64,000 nt of DNA from Paraspadella gotoi (GCA_051294375.1 CM119269.1:9794782-9858781), one strand, 5' to 3'. Numbered from the stretch's first letter, positions 26,801-40,568 are shown. The notes: generated from the letters alone by a model not told the origin. Made by a program: numbers and translations.

Positions 26801-29800
26801 TGTATATATATATATACTATTTGTATATTGGAGTTAATTATATTTTTTATATAAAAGTATATTCTTTTATTCTGTAATATAAGATTTTTTTTAGAAGCAT
26901 CAATCTTCATTACCTATGCTTTGATTAATATTTTAATGGCGTTGTGTGTTTAATATTAAAAGAAATAATAGTAATATTAATTAAATATATGATAGACAAT
27001 TGGAATTATATATATTTACAGAAGAAGTGATCAAATTTTGATCCGCCTTAATGAATACAGGGTGAAATTAATAAAAACGGTTAGTGAATAAAATGTGTTT
27101 ATATTGAATTCTTATATAAAATTATTTTATGTAATATAGTATATTAATGTACTGTGTTATGGTTTGGAAATATGGAAAAAGATGAAACGTTAAGTAATGT
27201 GTCTTTTCTTTGTAATGAAAATCTTTGTTAAGCCTTAAAGGGTAACTACTGCCATCATTAATTTTGGCTATGATTTATGATTCATTCAAATTTAATTTGG
27301 ATGAACTCTTTCTGTTTTTCATTAAGTGATTTGGTTATAAATAGGTGATTCTATCATACTTTTTTTAAAGTTGTTAGAAGATAGTTTTATATTTCTAAAA
27401 TTTTAAGAAGAATGTAATTTGGAAGAAGGGTGAAAGGTGAAGGTTTAACTATTAAACTAAAAACAATTATTCTTAAAATTTTAATTATTTTAAACTGTTA
27501 ATTAAATAAGAAGGGCAACTAATTTAGAGTGTAACCTTGTAGTATTGCAATAGTTGTTTGTTACATTAAAACATCTCAATGCTTAGCTATGTATGATAAA
27601 TAACTTTAATATGTTAAGTATGTAAATGAATAATTTTAGTATTAAAATATACTAATAAATGATAAAATGTTAGAATATCCTAATCCAATATGTGATATAT
27701 ACATAGGATTATACTATGAATTGGTACAACCAATATGACATCATAATTCACTTGGAATTTAACTAAACACAAGTAGATGCAACCGTTTTTCAAAACTCTC
27801 CTTTTCTCAAAAGTCGGAATTTGCGTGATCTTTATACCACACGGACATAATTAGTTTAAAGTCATTGTTGGGAAAATTGTGTAAAATTAACAAATAGATA
27901 ATATATAATAATAGGACTGGGGTACTTCATGCCCCTATTGAAGGTGATGTTGTTTTATCACGGATGCTCAGAAAGAAGCTCTGTCCTGATGAAAAGAGAA
28001 TGAATTTGTTACAGCACTTCTCTAAGATTTTGATATACCAGTCTGTTTTTATTCCTTCGTTTTAAATGGCTGCGGATGCAGCTAACAAGGTAGTTGCCCA
28101 GAGATGAGGTGCCTGTGGCCCCACTGCTGGAATGTTTTTTGTAACCTAGTCATATTATAAATCTCATGGTGGTATTGTCCACTTCAAGTCTTTCTCTAGT
28201 AACAAGAGGAAAGTCATGAATAAGGTACTTTGAGGCGGGTAAAAAAGGGCCCTTTGGGCAAATACTTAAGAATGTAGATATAAGTTTGGAAAATTCAGAA
28301 TCTATTTTGGGGGTGTCTACGACTGAGGCTACCACTGGGCGAGTGTCCAGGGCGGAAACCCTCTGGGTTGTATGCCGACATCTAAACCACGGTGGTGATG
28401 TTAAAATCGGGCGTCTAGCTAGACAGTATAAACTCGACTCAAAATGAAAGGTCCAAATCAACGGTTTCAAATGCGTCTCTTATACCTGTGTGTTATATGA
28501 CTGCACAGGTGATTCTCACTGCACTTGCTGTTGTGATTTACTGCATTTGCATCTTATAAAAATCCTACTCCCAATCAAATTTCTTCTAATGCGCATGATG
28601 ATAAAGAAAAAGCGCTATTTCGTCTTCTGAGGAGATCCTCAGGGAAAAGGTTTTTAGAGATTACAGATGTGAATATAAGGATATCACAGTTTGCCTGAAA
28701 CGCCGGCACCGCGTTTCTTACAAAGATAAAAGTGTTACAAGCAGAAATCCCTTCCATGTTTAAGTGAAGTTATGGATCTCTTGATCCGTCTAACTACGCA
28801 GACAAGAATGAATGTCTGTACTAGATTCGTTAAACTTACTGTGCTAAGGCATATTTCTCTATTTAGCATGAATGAACAAGGTAATAATTTACAGAATTTT
28901 TGTGAGAGAAAGGTATTCTCCACATTTTCTGGAACGAACAAGATATTAATTTACAGAATTTTTGTGAGAGAAAGGGATTCTCCACATTTTCTGGTTCTGA
29001 TTGACAAAGACTTCCTGTTGAAGTCCATCTGGAGAACATGATAATGGACACTGTTCGGCCCAGACTACGTTTAATAATGATTGCTCTGAAGTATACACAC
29101 CAGGATGATAGACTGGTTAAGGAAAAGATTAAAACTTGCATGTCTGTTATGCAATTGCTCTGCCCTACTGAGTTCCTAGTGGAGTGGCATGACAGTGGGA
29201 ATGACGTAATGAAAATTTTTGTGGGAGGGTAGTGAGTGATTAATAGGAAATTAAATTTTATATTTACTTGAACAATAAGCAACATTTCTTCGTTTGTTTT
29301 CCTAATGTTTTCTCTTAAGGAATCCACAGTTCCAGGATCCACCACATCGCTCAAAATGACGGCAGATAGCGCGCGACAAGCTCACAGAAGTGTGGGCCAC
29401 AGGTTTTTGTATAAAAGAGGTATAAAACCCTGCGCAGGATTAGAACAATGTACATGTTACGGTATAGTTGACATAGAACTGTCACCTTGATGCTGTTGTT
29501 GAAACTAACGAATTAAATTCAGAGTCTCTCCACTTAATACAAAAGTGGAAACTCATGGATACAGGATCGCAGCTATGGTATCACGATAATTTTCAATTTT
29601 ATAAAAGTTATAATGGGAAGAATATTTTGGATTAAAATAAAACTCAGCTGAGAACCTCGGTAAGATTTAAAATAAATATTTATGGTTATATTATGACCAT
29701 TTTTTGAAGAATACAGAGGTGTTAAATAAAATATTTGTTTACAACTGTTTTTGTGCTTTTCCTGTTTATATGCTGCACATCCCTAACGTTGCTTTTCCAT

Positions 29801-31244
29801 ATATACTCTTTCAACGCCTTGACACGCGTTGAGTTGTTGGTCTTGTTCTTTTGTAAAGAAAAGAAATTTTAAAATTTTATCGTGGAATAAATAAGAAATG
29901 CAGTTACTTTTCAAATTTAATTTTGTTATTCATAATGTAATAACAATGTTAGGAATGAATAATTTAAAATGTCAGTTATGAGTGATAAAGTACTGGTATT
30001 GATGATAATAATTAAATAAAATGATATTTTATTTTCTTTTGATGCATTAATTTTTTTTGAAAGAAGGGAGCCTAGGAATTTTTTTCGTTTGCGTCACGAG
30101 TTTGAATCTCGAAGGAGAAAGAAGAAAAAGACGAAACCAAAAGAGATCATTTACGAATCAATATCCACTTTTGTTTTTTAGAAACGAAACATATTATAGT
30201 CACAAACTAAACCCAACTCATTTAAAAAACGTTAACAAACTAAAAAGTAAAAAGTTAAGATATCCCTTAACCATAATAAATAAATAGAAAAAATATACCA
30301 AATTAATATCAATTTATATATATGAGTATTAAATAATAAAATTCAAATATCTAAAATAGTGTAAAAAAGGAAATTTTTACATTTTCATATTTTCTCGATC
30401 TTATCACTTCCCAATAAAATTAAATATTTAAATAATAAAATTTTAAGATTTGAAATAGGGAAAAAAAATAATTTTATTTTTCATTATGACATATTCTTCC
30501 ATTCTTTCTCCATCACTTTCCCAATTTTTGTCTTCTCGTTTTTCTCCTCTCTCGCTCCCCCCCACAACCTTTCCACTCCACTCTCTCCGCTCCACTCTCT
30601 CGGCTCCACTCAGGAGGAAGAGGAGCGGGTCCGCCGAGAGGAGGAGGAGGAAGAGGGCGACTCCGACTGGAGGAGGAAGAGAAAAAAAGAAGAAGCCAAA
30701 GAGAGAATTGATTTTTCCTCATTCGAGAAAAAAAAGACGAAATTAGGAAAAATCGCGAAGATGAAGATTCGATACAAGAGATTCGTTAAATGGGATGAAT
30801 TTTCAAAGGTTTGGGGGGGGGTTTACTGGGGTGCACGGGGGGTGAGGGAGGTGAGGTGAAGGTTTGGGACAGGTGGAGGATGGTCCCTTGTAGGGGAAGT
30901 TTGTAAGGTAGTAAAAGGAAATTTGAGTTAAAGTGAAGTAAATTAAAGTAAAATATAGTAAATTAAAGTAAAGTACGGTATTTAAAGTAGGATGGTAAAT
31001 GAAACTAAATTCATAACGCGGAGTAAAACAAAACACTCGATTTCAAAAAGTAGGAAAAAAAATGTTCGAGTCAGATTTAAAATGGAATCTGTACATCAAA
31101 AAAAAAAAACATTTAAAAATTGAAGGCGATTCAACTTTATGTGGATAAACAATACACTGGTCAAGATATCCTCTGGCTTTCATGACGCTGGATCCGAAAT
31201 GGGATTACGAGTTGGAACCGGTGGGTGAATGTAAATAGGGAATC

Positions 31245-31278
<34 letters not shown>

Positions 31279-31799
31279 TTAACGACAGGTCGGCCTATGG
31301 CGCGGATCAACCTCTGGTTCCGACGGACGAGATCGACAAACGCGATCGTTCATTGGTTCATCATGAATCGACAGGTGACCAATCAGATCAAAGACGAACC
31401 TTCCTTAAGGGAACCCAGTGATAAAAATGATATTCATCAAGCTTAAGGGTCTATCATCAAAGGAATTTGAATGGTGATAGTCACTAAAAAGTTAAACAAT
31501 TAAATTTCTATTAATCGTTTCGTCCGTTTATTTGTCCAAATTTAAAATTAATCTAATTTAAAATATCATATTTAATTTGTTACGCCTTAATTCTGAATTT
31601 CTAAAACTAGAGCCCCATTGTCTTAACTTTTACAGGAACGGTTCTTAGAAAAAGAGGCGAAACGCTTCATCAAACTGGCAGACTTCAAGAAGGAGACTTT
31701 CTTCAACTACAAGAGTTAATCAGCGACATGTGCTACGAGGCCAACTATGACATGGGTGTGCCCAAGAAGAAGAAGAAGCTGGTGTCAAGGAGACCGTGA
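20687..31799 (+). CDS. Calmodulin-like EF-hand protein B (tandem paralog of A)
   Basis: Exons 20687-20792, 20866-20996 (131 nt, same length as in A), 21549-21670, 22639-~22888, 30614-30808, 31126-31220, 31289-31374 and 31636-31799; same exon layout as A and both end ...PKKKK..VKET*. Several frameshifts, probably assembly indels. Confidence 0.75.
23638..30070 (+). mobile_element. Non-autonomous LTR-type element (5' LTR, PBS, PPT; 3' LTR missing)
   Basis: LTR 23638-23924 bounded by TGTCA...TGACA; PBS TGGTGGCATCG at 23925 (complementary to a tRNA-Leu 3' end, one mismatch); PPT GAAAGAAGGGAG at 30059-30070. The flanks are joined without the insert at ~33745-33755. No recognisable gag/pol. Confidence 0.7.
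25706..26269 (+). CDS. Hypothetical 187-aa ORF inside the LTR element
   Basis: ATG-initiated, GC-rich, not low-complexity; no recognisable domain. Confidence 0.3.
   Translation: MDFKLSYLDSQLSSPQSSRGPEPFASHTFLTGLRMRLLNYVWEKVANRPGDEPPGFADHQDSVRRLQRTEQERQLSAARIDDFAVLDAQQQSASLVLFLFTLNGRKAALATAAADGQRSKKSYVSFWIESSRAVQSLKDGWKEIHDFFSGPIVRKRRARRAPQRRPLFPGIRCRVPKRFLMNFKVLN
31409..31484. mobile_element. Terminal fragment of the Kolobok-like element (also 35096-35168)
   Basis: TTAA-GGGAACCCAGTGATAAAAATGATAT...GGTGATAGTCA matches one end of 51607-52489. Confidence 0.75.
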
Positions 31800-32134
31800 G
31801 AAGGAGGAGGAGGAGGAAGACGAGTCTGCGATGAAGAGTCTGTTTTCATGAGCTGATTTTTTTTTAAAAAAAGTGTGTCAAATGTAAATCTAAATGTGAT
31901 TGTTAGTAGTAAAGTTATTAGTAAATAAAATTTTATCTGCCGTAAATTATAGAATGTCCGAAATTGCTTCTGCTTTTAATTTTTGTTGGGGGGGTAGCAT
32001 GAGCTCTTTATTAACCCACAAACGTCACCCCGCCCTTGGAAAACGCCGCATTGATACAACGCCGAGGACCTCTCCACGCCAACGCCGGAATTGACGCCAC
32101 GTCATATCCATCTCGAACCAGCGTCACTTCCCAC

Positions 32135-34930
32135 CTGTGCGGCCCCGTGTCAAAAGACGAAGTGGGTCCCTGATGCCAAGTCCAAGTCTAAATCATCGGC
32201 GTCGTCTTGGGTCCAACCGCCGAGTCCGAATTCAAAATTGTCGCGCAGAGGAAAGTGGAATGCATTGTTTGGGAAGTTCGTCCCAGTAGTCACCGCAATC
32301 GTCTGGTTTTAATGAGGGAGGGTTGAGAAAAAATAAGAAGTTGGGGAGAAAGGAGGGAAAAAATACGTCATTTAAATATCGATTAAACGATATCACAAAA
32401 TTATGATGATCAATCATGAGTTTTTTTATGTCCCACGACACGAATTGAAAAGGTCGGACGGTCTCGTTTGCCAACGCAGAGGGAAGTCATTAGACTGTGG
32501 ATGGAACACAACGCCTGGGATGGTGTGTTCCCCCTCTGAGCCAAAGGTACGACCGTGAACGTGAGGTGGTGTGAATATACCGCCACAGTAGTAATCTTTT
32601 GACGTCATAATATGTTCGACGAACTTTTTTTTTCTTTTTAATATATAGATATTAAATAAGCATTAGAAAACCATTCAGGCCGCGAACACGCCATTCTCTC
32701 ACCCGTATAGTCGCAAAGACGATCGACCGCCACGCAGGATCCGCGCGTGCAAGTTTTCTCCCACGGGTTGCACTTTTTTCTGACGGGCGGGAGGGGCGCA
32801 GTCGAAGAAGGAAAAGTCGTCCAGGCCGAAGTCCGCGCGGGCACCGTACAGTTTTTGGGCCTTAGTAGGGCAGGCGGGGGAGGAGAGTATTGTGGGATGG
32901 AATGAGGTGAAATGATAAGGAAAGGGATAAAGTCATAAGGGAAGAAAGTTAAATTGGGACGGTTCGACAAGTCAACTTATCATCTAATACCTTGGCCAGG
33001 ATGCAATTCAAAACTGACACGATCCAAGAGAGTAAACGACAAGATGCAAGAGTTAACCGATGTTATGTTTAACCATAATGTGTAACCATTCGCATACAGC
33101 TATATCGACCTGTTATAGTGGTGCTTTCATCTGTTATAAAAAACTTAATCTATGTTTAATTTTTAAAAGTGTTCTCTTGGCGGACCTTTATCAGAGGTTT
33201 CTTAGATCATTCACTTGCAAGGCCAACCCTATTTAATCGAATAATTCACATCGCCATTAATTACCTCACCAATAATTAATTGATTAATTGACCTTACCGT
33301 TAACTTGAATCCTAAAAGGTTTTCCACTCGCCCGATGTAGATTCTCCAGATTCTCCAAGTTTTGTCTCTCCATCCGTCGAAACATCTTGAAGAGCAGCAC
33401 CGAGTCGTGACCTTAATTCATTTGTATTAAAATGTAAAAAAAATATTAGAAAAAAGTCTTAGCTTTAAAACAAAATACAACAACAATATATTGGCTCTTC
33501 AAAACCTAAGACAATTGAAATCCCTCGCAATATAAAAAAATCTGCCAATCTCTCACCGGAAATGTTCATATAAAATCTTAAAGTATCCAATGTGGAATCC
33601 ATATTGCTGAACCANNNNNNNNNNNNNNNNNNNNNNNNNGAGTCAACCTTCATGCCAAATTTTATCAAATTCGATTGAAAAGTTTGTGCAGAACCGATTC
33701 TCGGTTTGAAAAACGGTGTATCATTTTCTCATATGAAGCCTTCAGTATTCAATTTTTTCGTTTGCGTCACGAGTTTGAATCTCGGAGGAGAAAGAAGAAA
33801 AGACGAAACCAAAAGAGATCATTTACGAATCAATATCCACTTTTGTTTTTTAGAAACGAAACATATTATAGTCACAAACTAAACCCAACTCATTTAAAAA
33901 ACGTTAACAAACTAAAAAGTAAAAAGTTAAGATATCCCCTTACCATAATAAATAAATAGAAAAAATATACCAAATTAATATCAATTTATATATATGAGTA
34001 TTAAAATAATAAAATTCAAATATCTAAAATAGTGTAAAAAAAGGAATTTTTACATTTTCATATTTTCTCGATCTTATCACTTCCCAATAAAATTAAATAT
34101 TTAAATAATAAAATTTTAAGATTTGAAATAGGGAAAAAAATAATTTTATTTTTCAATTGACATATTTTCTCCATCTTTCTCCATCTTTCTCCATCACTTC
34201 CCAATTTTGTCTTCTCGTTTTTCTCCTCTCTCGCTCCCCCCCCCACAACCTTTCCACTCCACTCTCTCCGCTCCACTCTCTCGGCTCCACTCAGGAGGAA
34301 GAGGAGCGGGTCCGCCGAGAGGAGGAGGAGGAAGAGGAGCGACTCCGACTGGAGGAGGAAGAGAAAAAGAAGAAGAAGCCAAAGAGAGAATTGATTTTTC
34401 CTCATTCGAGGAAAAAAGACGAAATTAAGAAAATCGCGAAGATGAAGATTCGATACAAGAGATTCGTTAAATGGGATGAATTTTCAAAGGTTTGGGGGGG
34501 GGTTTACTGGGGGTGCACGGGGGGTGAGGGAGGTGAGGTGAAGGGTTTGGGGACAGGTGGAGGATGGTCCCTTGTAGGGGAAGTTTGTAAGGTAGTAAAA
34601 GGAAATTTGAGTTAAAGTGAAGTAAATTAAAGTAAAATATAGTAAATTAAAGTAAAGTACGGTAATTTAAAGTAGGATGGTAAATGAAACTAAATTCATA
34701 ACGCGGAGTAAAACAAAACACTCGATTTCAAAAAAGTAGGAAAAAAAATGTTCGAGTCAGATTTAAAAATGGAATCTGTACATCAAAAAAAAAAAACATT
34801 TAAAAATTGAGGCGATTCAACTTTATGTGGATAAACAATACACTGGTCAAGATATCCTCTGGCTTTCATGACGCTGGATCCGAAATGGGATTACGAGTTG
34901 GAACCGGTGGGTGAATGTAAATAGGGAATC

Positions 34931-34964
<34 letters not shown>

Positions 34965-37900
34965 TTAACGACAGGTCTGGCCTATGGCGCGGATCAACCT
35001 CTGGTTCCGACGGACGAGATCGACAAACGCGATCGTTCATTGGTTCATCATGAATCGACAGGTGACCAATCAGATCAAAGACGAACCTTCCTTAAGGGAA
35101 CCCAGTGATAAAAATGATATCATAAGCTTAAGGGTCTATCATCAAAGGAATTTGAATGGTGATAGTCACTAAAAAGTTAAACAATTAAATTTCTATTAAT
35201 CGTTTCGTCCGTTTATTTGTCCAAATTAAAATTAATCTAATTTAAAAATTATATTAATTTGTTACGTTTAATTCTGAATTTCTAAAACAGAGCCCCATTG
35301 TCTTAACTTTTACAGGAACGGTTCTTAGAAAAAGAGGCGAAACGCTTCATCAAACTGGCAGACTTCAAGAAGGAGACTTTCTTCAACTACAAAGAGTTAA
35401 TCAGCGACATGTGCTACGAGGCCAACTATGACATGGGTGTGCCCAAGAAGAAGAAGAAGCTGGTTGTCAAGGAGACGTGAGAAGGAGGAGGAGGAGGAAG
35501 ACGAGTCTGCGATGAAGAGTCTGTTTCATGAGCTGATTTTTTTTAAAAAAAAGTGTGTCAAATGTAAATCTAAATGTGATTGTTAGTAGTAAAGTTATTA
35601 GTAAATAAAAATTTTATCTGCGTAAATTATAGAATGTCCGAAATTGCTTCTGCTTTTAATTTTTGTTGGGGGGGTAGCATGAGCTCTTTATTAACCCACA
35701 AACGTCACCCCGCCCTTGGAAAACGCCGCATTGATACAACGCCGAGGACCTCTCCACGCCAACGCCGAATTGACGCCACGTCATATCCATCTCGAACCAG
35801 CGTCACCTTCCCACCTGTGCGGCCCCGTGTCAAAAGACGAAGTGGGTCCCTGATGCCAAGTCCAGTCTAAATCATCGGCGTCGTCTTGGGTCCAACCGCC
35901 GAGTCCGAATTCAAAATTGTCGCGCAGAGGAAAGTGGATGCATTGTTTGGGAAGTTCGTCCCAGTAGTCACCGCAATCGTCTGGTTTTAATGAGGGAGGG
36001 TTGAGAAAAAATAAGAGTTGGGGAGAAAGGGAGGGAAAAATACGTCATTTAAATATCGATTAAACGATATCACAAAATTATGATGATCAATCATGAGTTT
36101 TTTTATGTCCCACGACACGAATTGAAAGGACGGACGGTCTCGATTTGCCAACGCAGAGGGAAGTCGTTAGGACTGTGGATGGAACACAACGCCTGGGATG
36201 GTGTGTTCCCCCTCTGAGCCAAAGGTACGACCGTGAACGTGAGGTGGTGTGAATATACCGCCACAGTAGTAATCTTTTGACGTCATAATATGTTCGACGA
36301 ACTTTTTTTTTCTTTTTTATATATAGATATTAAATAAGCATTAGAAAACCATTCAGGCCGCGAACACGCCATTCTCTCACCCGTATAGTCGCAAAGACGA
36401 TCGACCGCCACGCAGGATCCGCGCGTGCAAGTTTTCTCCCACGGGTTGCACTTTTTTCTGACGGGCGGGAGGGCGCAGTCGAAGAAGGAAAAGTCGTCCA
36501 GGCCGAAGTCCGCGCGGGCACCGTACAGTTTTTGGGCCTTAGTAGGGCAGGCGGGGGAGGAGAGTATTGTGGGATGGAATGAGGTGAAATGATAAGGGAA
36601 AGGGATAAGTCATAAGGGAAGAAAGTTAAAATTGGGACGGTTCGACAAGTCAACTTATCATCTAATACCTTGGCCAGGAAGCAATTCAAAACTGACACGA
36701 TCCAAAGAGAGTAAACGACAAGATGCAAGAGTTAACCGATGTTATGTTTAACCATAATGTGTAACCATTCGCATACAGCTATATCACCCTGTTATAGTGG
36801 TGCTTCATCCTGTTATAAAAAACTAATCTATGTTTAATTTTTAAAGTGTTCTCTTGGCGGACCTTTATCAGAGGTTTCTAGATCATCACTTGCAAAGGCC
36901 AACCCTATTTAATCGAATAATTCACATCGCCATTAATTACCTCACCAATAATTAATTGATTAATTGACCTTACCTTAACTTGAATCCTAAAAGGCTTTTC
37001 CACTCGCCCGATGTAGATTCTTCCAGATTCCCAAGTTTTGTCTCTCCATCCGTCGAACTCTTGGAAGAGCAGCACCGAGTCGTGACCTTAATTCATTTGT
37101 ATTAAAATGTAAAAAAATATTAGAAAAAGTCTTTAGCTTTAAAACAAAATACAACAAAATAATTGGCTCTTCAAACCTAAGACAATTTGAAATCCCTCGC
37201 AATATAAAAAAAATCTGCCAATCTCTCACCGGAAATGTTCATATAAATCTTAAAGTATCCAATGTGGAATCCATAATTGCTGAACCAAAAATCCATCATG
37301 CAACCCGCGCCGGCGTGTTGGAAAAGGGGACTCTCCAACACGGCCACCTGATGTTGAATTGGAGGAAATTATTGTTATCGTTTTCGGAAGGCAATGAAAG
37401 TACTCTCCCGTCGCGTTCTCTCCTCGACCCCCCCCCTCGTCAACTCACGTCGTCGGCATGACCCAAATCTCCGTGAGTCGCGAGGTAAGTTCCAGAGGAG
37501 TCGCCAATTTTGCCGAGGGTGTGGTCGGAGTCTGGACCCGTGAAGTTGGTCGTGGTTGGACCCACTTGAGTGGACCATTTGAAGGGGCCTTTGCTGGTGT
37601 CCTACAGAGGGGGTGGAATTGAAGAAAAAAAGAGAAGATAGAGAAACGAGATAATGGGAAAAAAAATTTGACGAGAACATACATGCATATAAATTATAAT
37701 ACAAACATGTATTTCATCGTTATACAGCGTAAGGGAAAAACAATTTCCGTTTTTCCAGATATTTCGACATATTTTTAAGTCATCGTAAGTAAACCTAATA
37801 ATTATGAAGAGAGAAAANNNNNNNNNNNNNNNNNNNNNNNNNNNNNNNNNNNNNNNNNNNNNNNNNNNNNNNNNNNNNNNNNNNNNNNNNNNNNNNNNNN

Positions 37901-38275
37901 NNNNNNNNNNNNNNNNNNNNNNNNNNNNNNNNNNNNNNNNNNNNNNNNNNNNNNNNNNNNNNNNNNNNNNNNNNNNNNNNNNNNNNNNNNNNNNNNNNNN
38001 NNNNNNNNNNNNNNNNNNNNNNNNNNNNNNNNNNNNNNNNNNNNNNNNNNNNNNNNNNNNNNNNNNNNNNNNNNNNNNNNNNNNNNNNNNNNNNNNNNNN
38101 NNNNNNNNNNNNNNNNNNNNNNNNNNNNNNNNNNNNNNNNNNNNNNNNNNNNNNNNNNNNNNNNNNNNNNNNNNNNNNNNNNNNTGATGCAATCGACTTC
38201 GAAGTCGCAGACTTTGGAGGCGTCGATCGTCTGGTCGCCGCAATCGATTCCGCCGCCGCCGCCGGTGGAGGGACA
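32135..38275 (-). CDS. MAM/LDLa protein, middle exon block (partly duplicated)
   Basis: Exons ~37448-37601 (DTSKGPFKW...GPDSDHT), 37230-37347 (VAVLESP...CMMDFWF), 36974-37087, ~36381-36538 / 32703-32860 (FGLDDFSF plus LDLa) and ~35815-35980 / 32135-32302 (DDCGDYWDE...DTGPH), which continues into RDHTTG at 16421. An LDLa exon fragment lies at 38185-38275. Confidence 0.85.
34295..35480 (+). CDS. Duplicate copy of the 3' exons of calmodulin-like gene B
   Basis: Same exons as 30614-31799 with fewer frameshifts; ends KLVVKET*. Confidence 0.75.
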
Positions 38276-38830
38276 GGGTTATTCCTGTCATTATTGTTGT
38301 TGTCAGAAAGTCGACAGCTCTGGAGGGGATGCATGGGACATCCTGCTTCTCTATCCTACATTTTCATTAATCACAAGAATTGCATTCAGATAAACTGGGC
38401 GGCCAAAAATCCGTAGTCACTATCATTTGTTTTAATTTTTAGGGTTTCTAAATATATTCCCTTTTTTCTTCTATCATAAACCGTTTATGTGCTGTAATAA
38501 CTTGAAGTTAGTCCCATTAGATCTGGACCTCCCTGTAATAACTAGACCAAAAGCACCAGGACTTTTCTCCAAACCGTAATTGCTTACTTAATAACCCTTT
38601 CCACGAAAAAAGACCCTACAAGCGCCGCTACTCAAAGAGCTCTTCAATGCTTCTCCATTCGGACGGCCTCCCTTTGCCCTCTCATACCCCACCAAAATTC
38701 CGACGGCCCTCTTCCCTTGCCCTCCCCCCACCAAAATTCCATTCACCGATTTCTGAGAATTTCGCTTCCAAAACATCGAGAATTTTTCCGCCCAACGAAG
38801 CTTTAGGCGTCATCATGACGGATGTTGGTA

Positions 38831-40491
38831 TCACGGGGCAGGTGTCGGCTTGGGTGTCGGCTTGGGCGAGGGTTCTACTGGCTTGGGTGTCGGCTTGGGT
38901 GTAGGCTTGGCGAGGGTTCTACTGGCTTGGGTCTCGGCGTCGGCTCAGGTTTCGGTTTAGCTTCTTCTGTCGGTTTTTCTTTTAAAACAAAATATTAAAA
39001 ACGATATAATATTGTAATATAAGTATCGCAGCAATAAGTTGAAAGTGTTTCTTGCAGTATACTGTATCATACAGTTATGTGAACTTCGACCTACCCTCTC
39101 TCCTTCCAGCCTTCTCTTTCTTGAAAAACACAAATAACAATATTTTAATAATTTAATTTATAGATATTTCCTTAATTCATAAAATAGAGTTCTATACAGT
39201 TCTCCCTTCCCCTCCCTCCTCACTTTTCCGGTTCGTCCGGCACGCTCTCGTCCTCATCCTCGTCGTCGTCTTCCTCGTCGTCGGCGTCGTCGTCGTCCTC
39301 GTCCTCCGTTCCTTCGTCCTCATCGTCGTCGTCGTCGACCTCAACGTCCTTTGGCGTCTTCGTCGTATCCGACGTCTCCGTATTTTTGAGTCTTTGAGAA
39401 AAGAATCGATGAATTCAGTTTGAGAGAGAAAAACCCGAAGAGTCTTTGTCGCCGGCTACGAAGATGGCGCTGATGTCGTCGTCCTTGAGGAGAGGATGAG
39501 ATAAAACAAAAGGCGAGCGGAAGGAATTGAAGTTAAATTTTGGACCGATATTAAGCAAGAGATTAACGTATTCTTCTCATGAAATATTATTAAAAATTAT
39601 TAGATAATACAAAAGTCTTTTAAAACTCAAGACAAATATAAAAAAAATATTTGACAAGGATAGGAATAATCGTCGAAAGCAATAAAATGCAATAGTCACA
39701 TGGACGTTCGCATTTATCACATTTGCATATTTCAGTATTGATGTTTTATCCGACGCGAAGCATAATTGTGCCTTTAAGGTATAGATTATGATAAACGACT
39801 ACAAATAAACTTCAATGAAATTTGGTATGAAAAATTTTTATTAAAATTTATGCTTAAACTCCTGAAAACAATTGTTAAAGGAGTTTCTTCTGAGGTTTCT
39901 TCTGATGATAAGGCTAATTGGCTCTATTTATACAACAAGTGAAAAAACGAAATTGAATTTCGACATCCGCGACACAATTCTTAAATTCGTAACAAAAATA
40001 TAAAATATTAATTACGAAATTCCGAGACTATATCGGGGAATCTTACTATGTATATTCTGTTATAATGATTTTTTTTTTCTACTAATATCGGGTTCGAATA
40101 CGTCGTTCGAAGATCTAGTCTAGTAAAAAAAAGCCAATCAATGAGATAATATTAAAAGCCTCTAACCGATTCTACGACTCATCAAGTTAGCTGAATGAAA
40201 TCCCCACCTCATGACTACGTGATCCCATATGATCTGGTGAGCGTATCCTTAAACTTCACCCGCCGCCCTTACCTACTCTTCACTCACCGTCAATCCGATA
40301 GACTTCATCGCGACTTTAAACTCTTCCCTGTCGAGTCTAAAGTCTCGATTCCGCGTCGTGTTTGGCGAAGGCGCGCAAGGCCACGCCCACGACGCCGGCG
40401 CGGCAGAATTCCACGACGTCGAGGCGTCGTTTGCTCGAGCGTCGATAGCGTTGAGGACGCGGGCGTAGAGGTCAACGTCGATCTGTGGAGA

Positions 40492-40568
<77 letters not shown>

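Larger units (their letters stand above)
30077..37272. repeat. Near-identical direct duplication (30077-33613 vs 33751-~37272), probably an uncollapsed haplotype
   Basis: The copies differ mostly by 1-bp indels and are separated by an N gap at ~33614-33639. Confidence 0.85.

Noticed and set aside
34295-35480. A third independent calmodulin-like paralog
   Set aside because: It is near-identical to gene B including introns and lies next to a gap; best explained as a haplotype duplicate.
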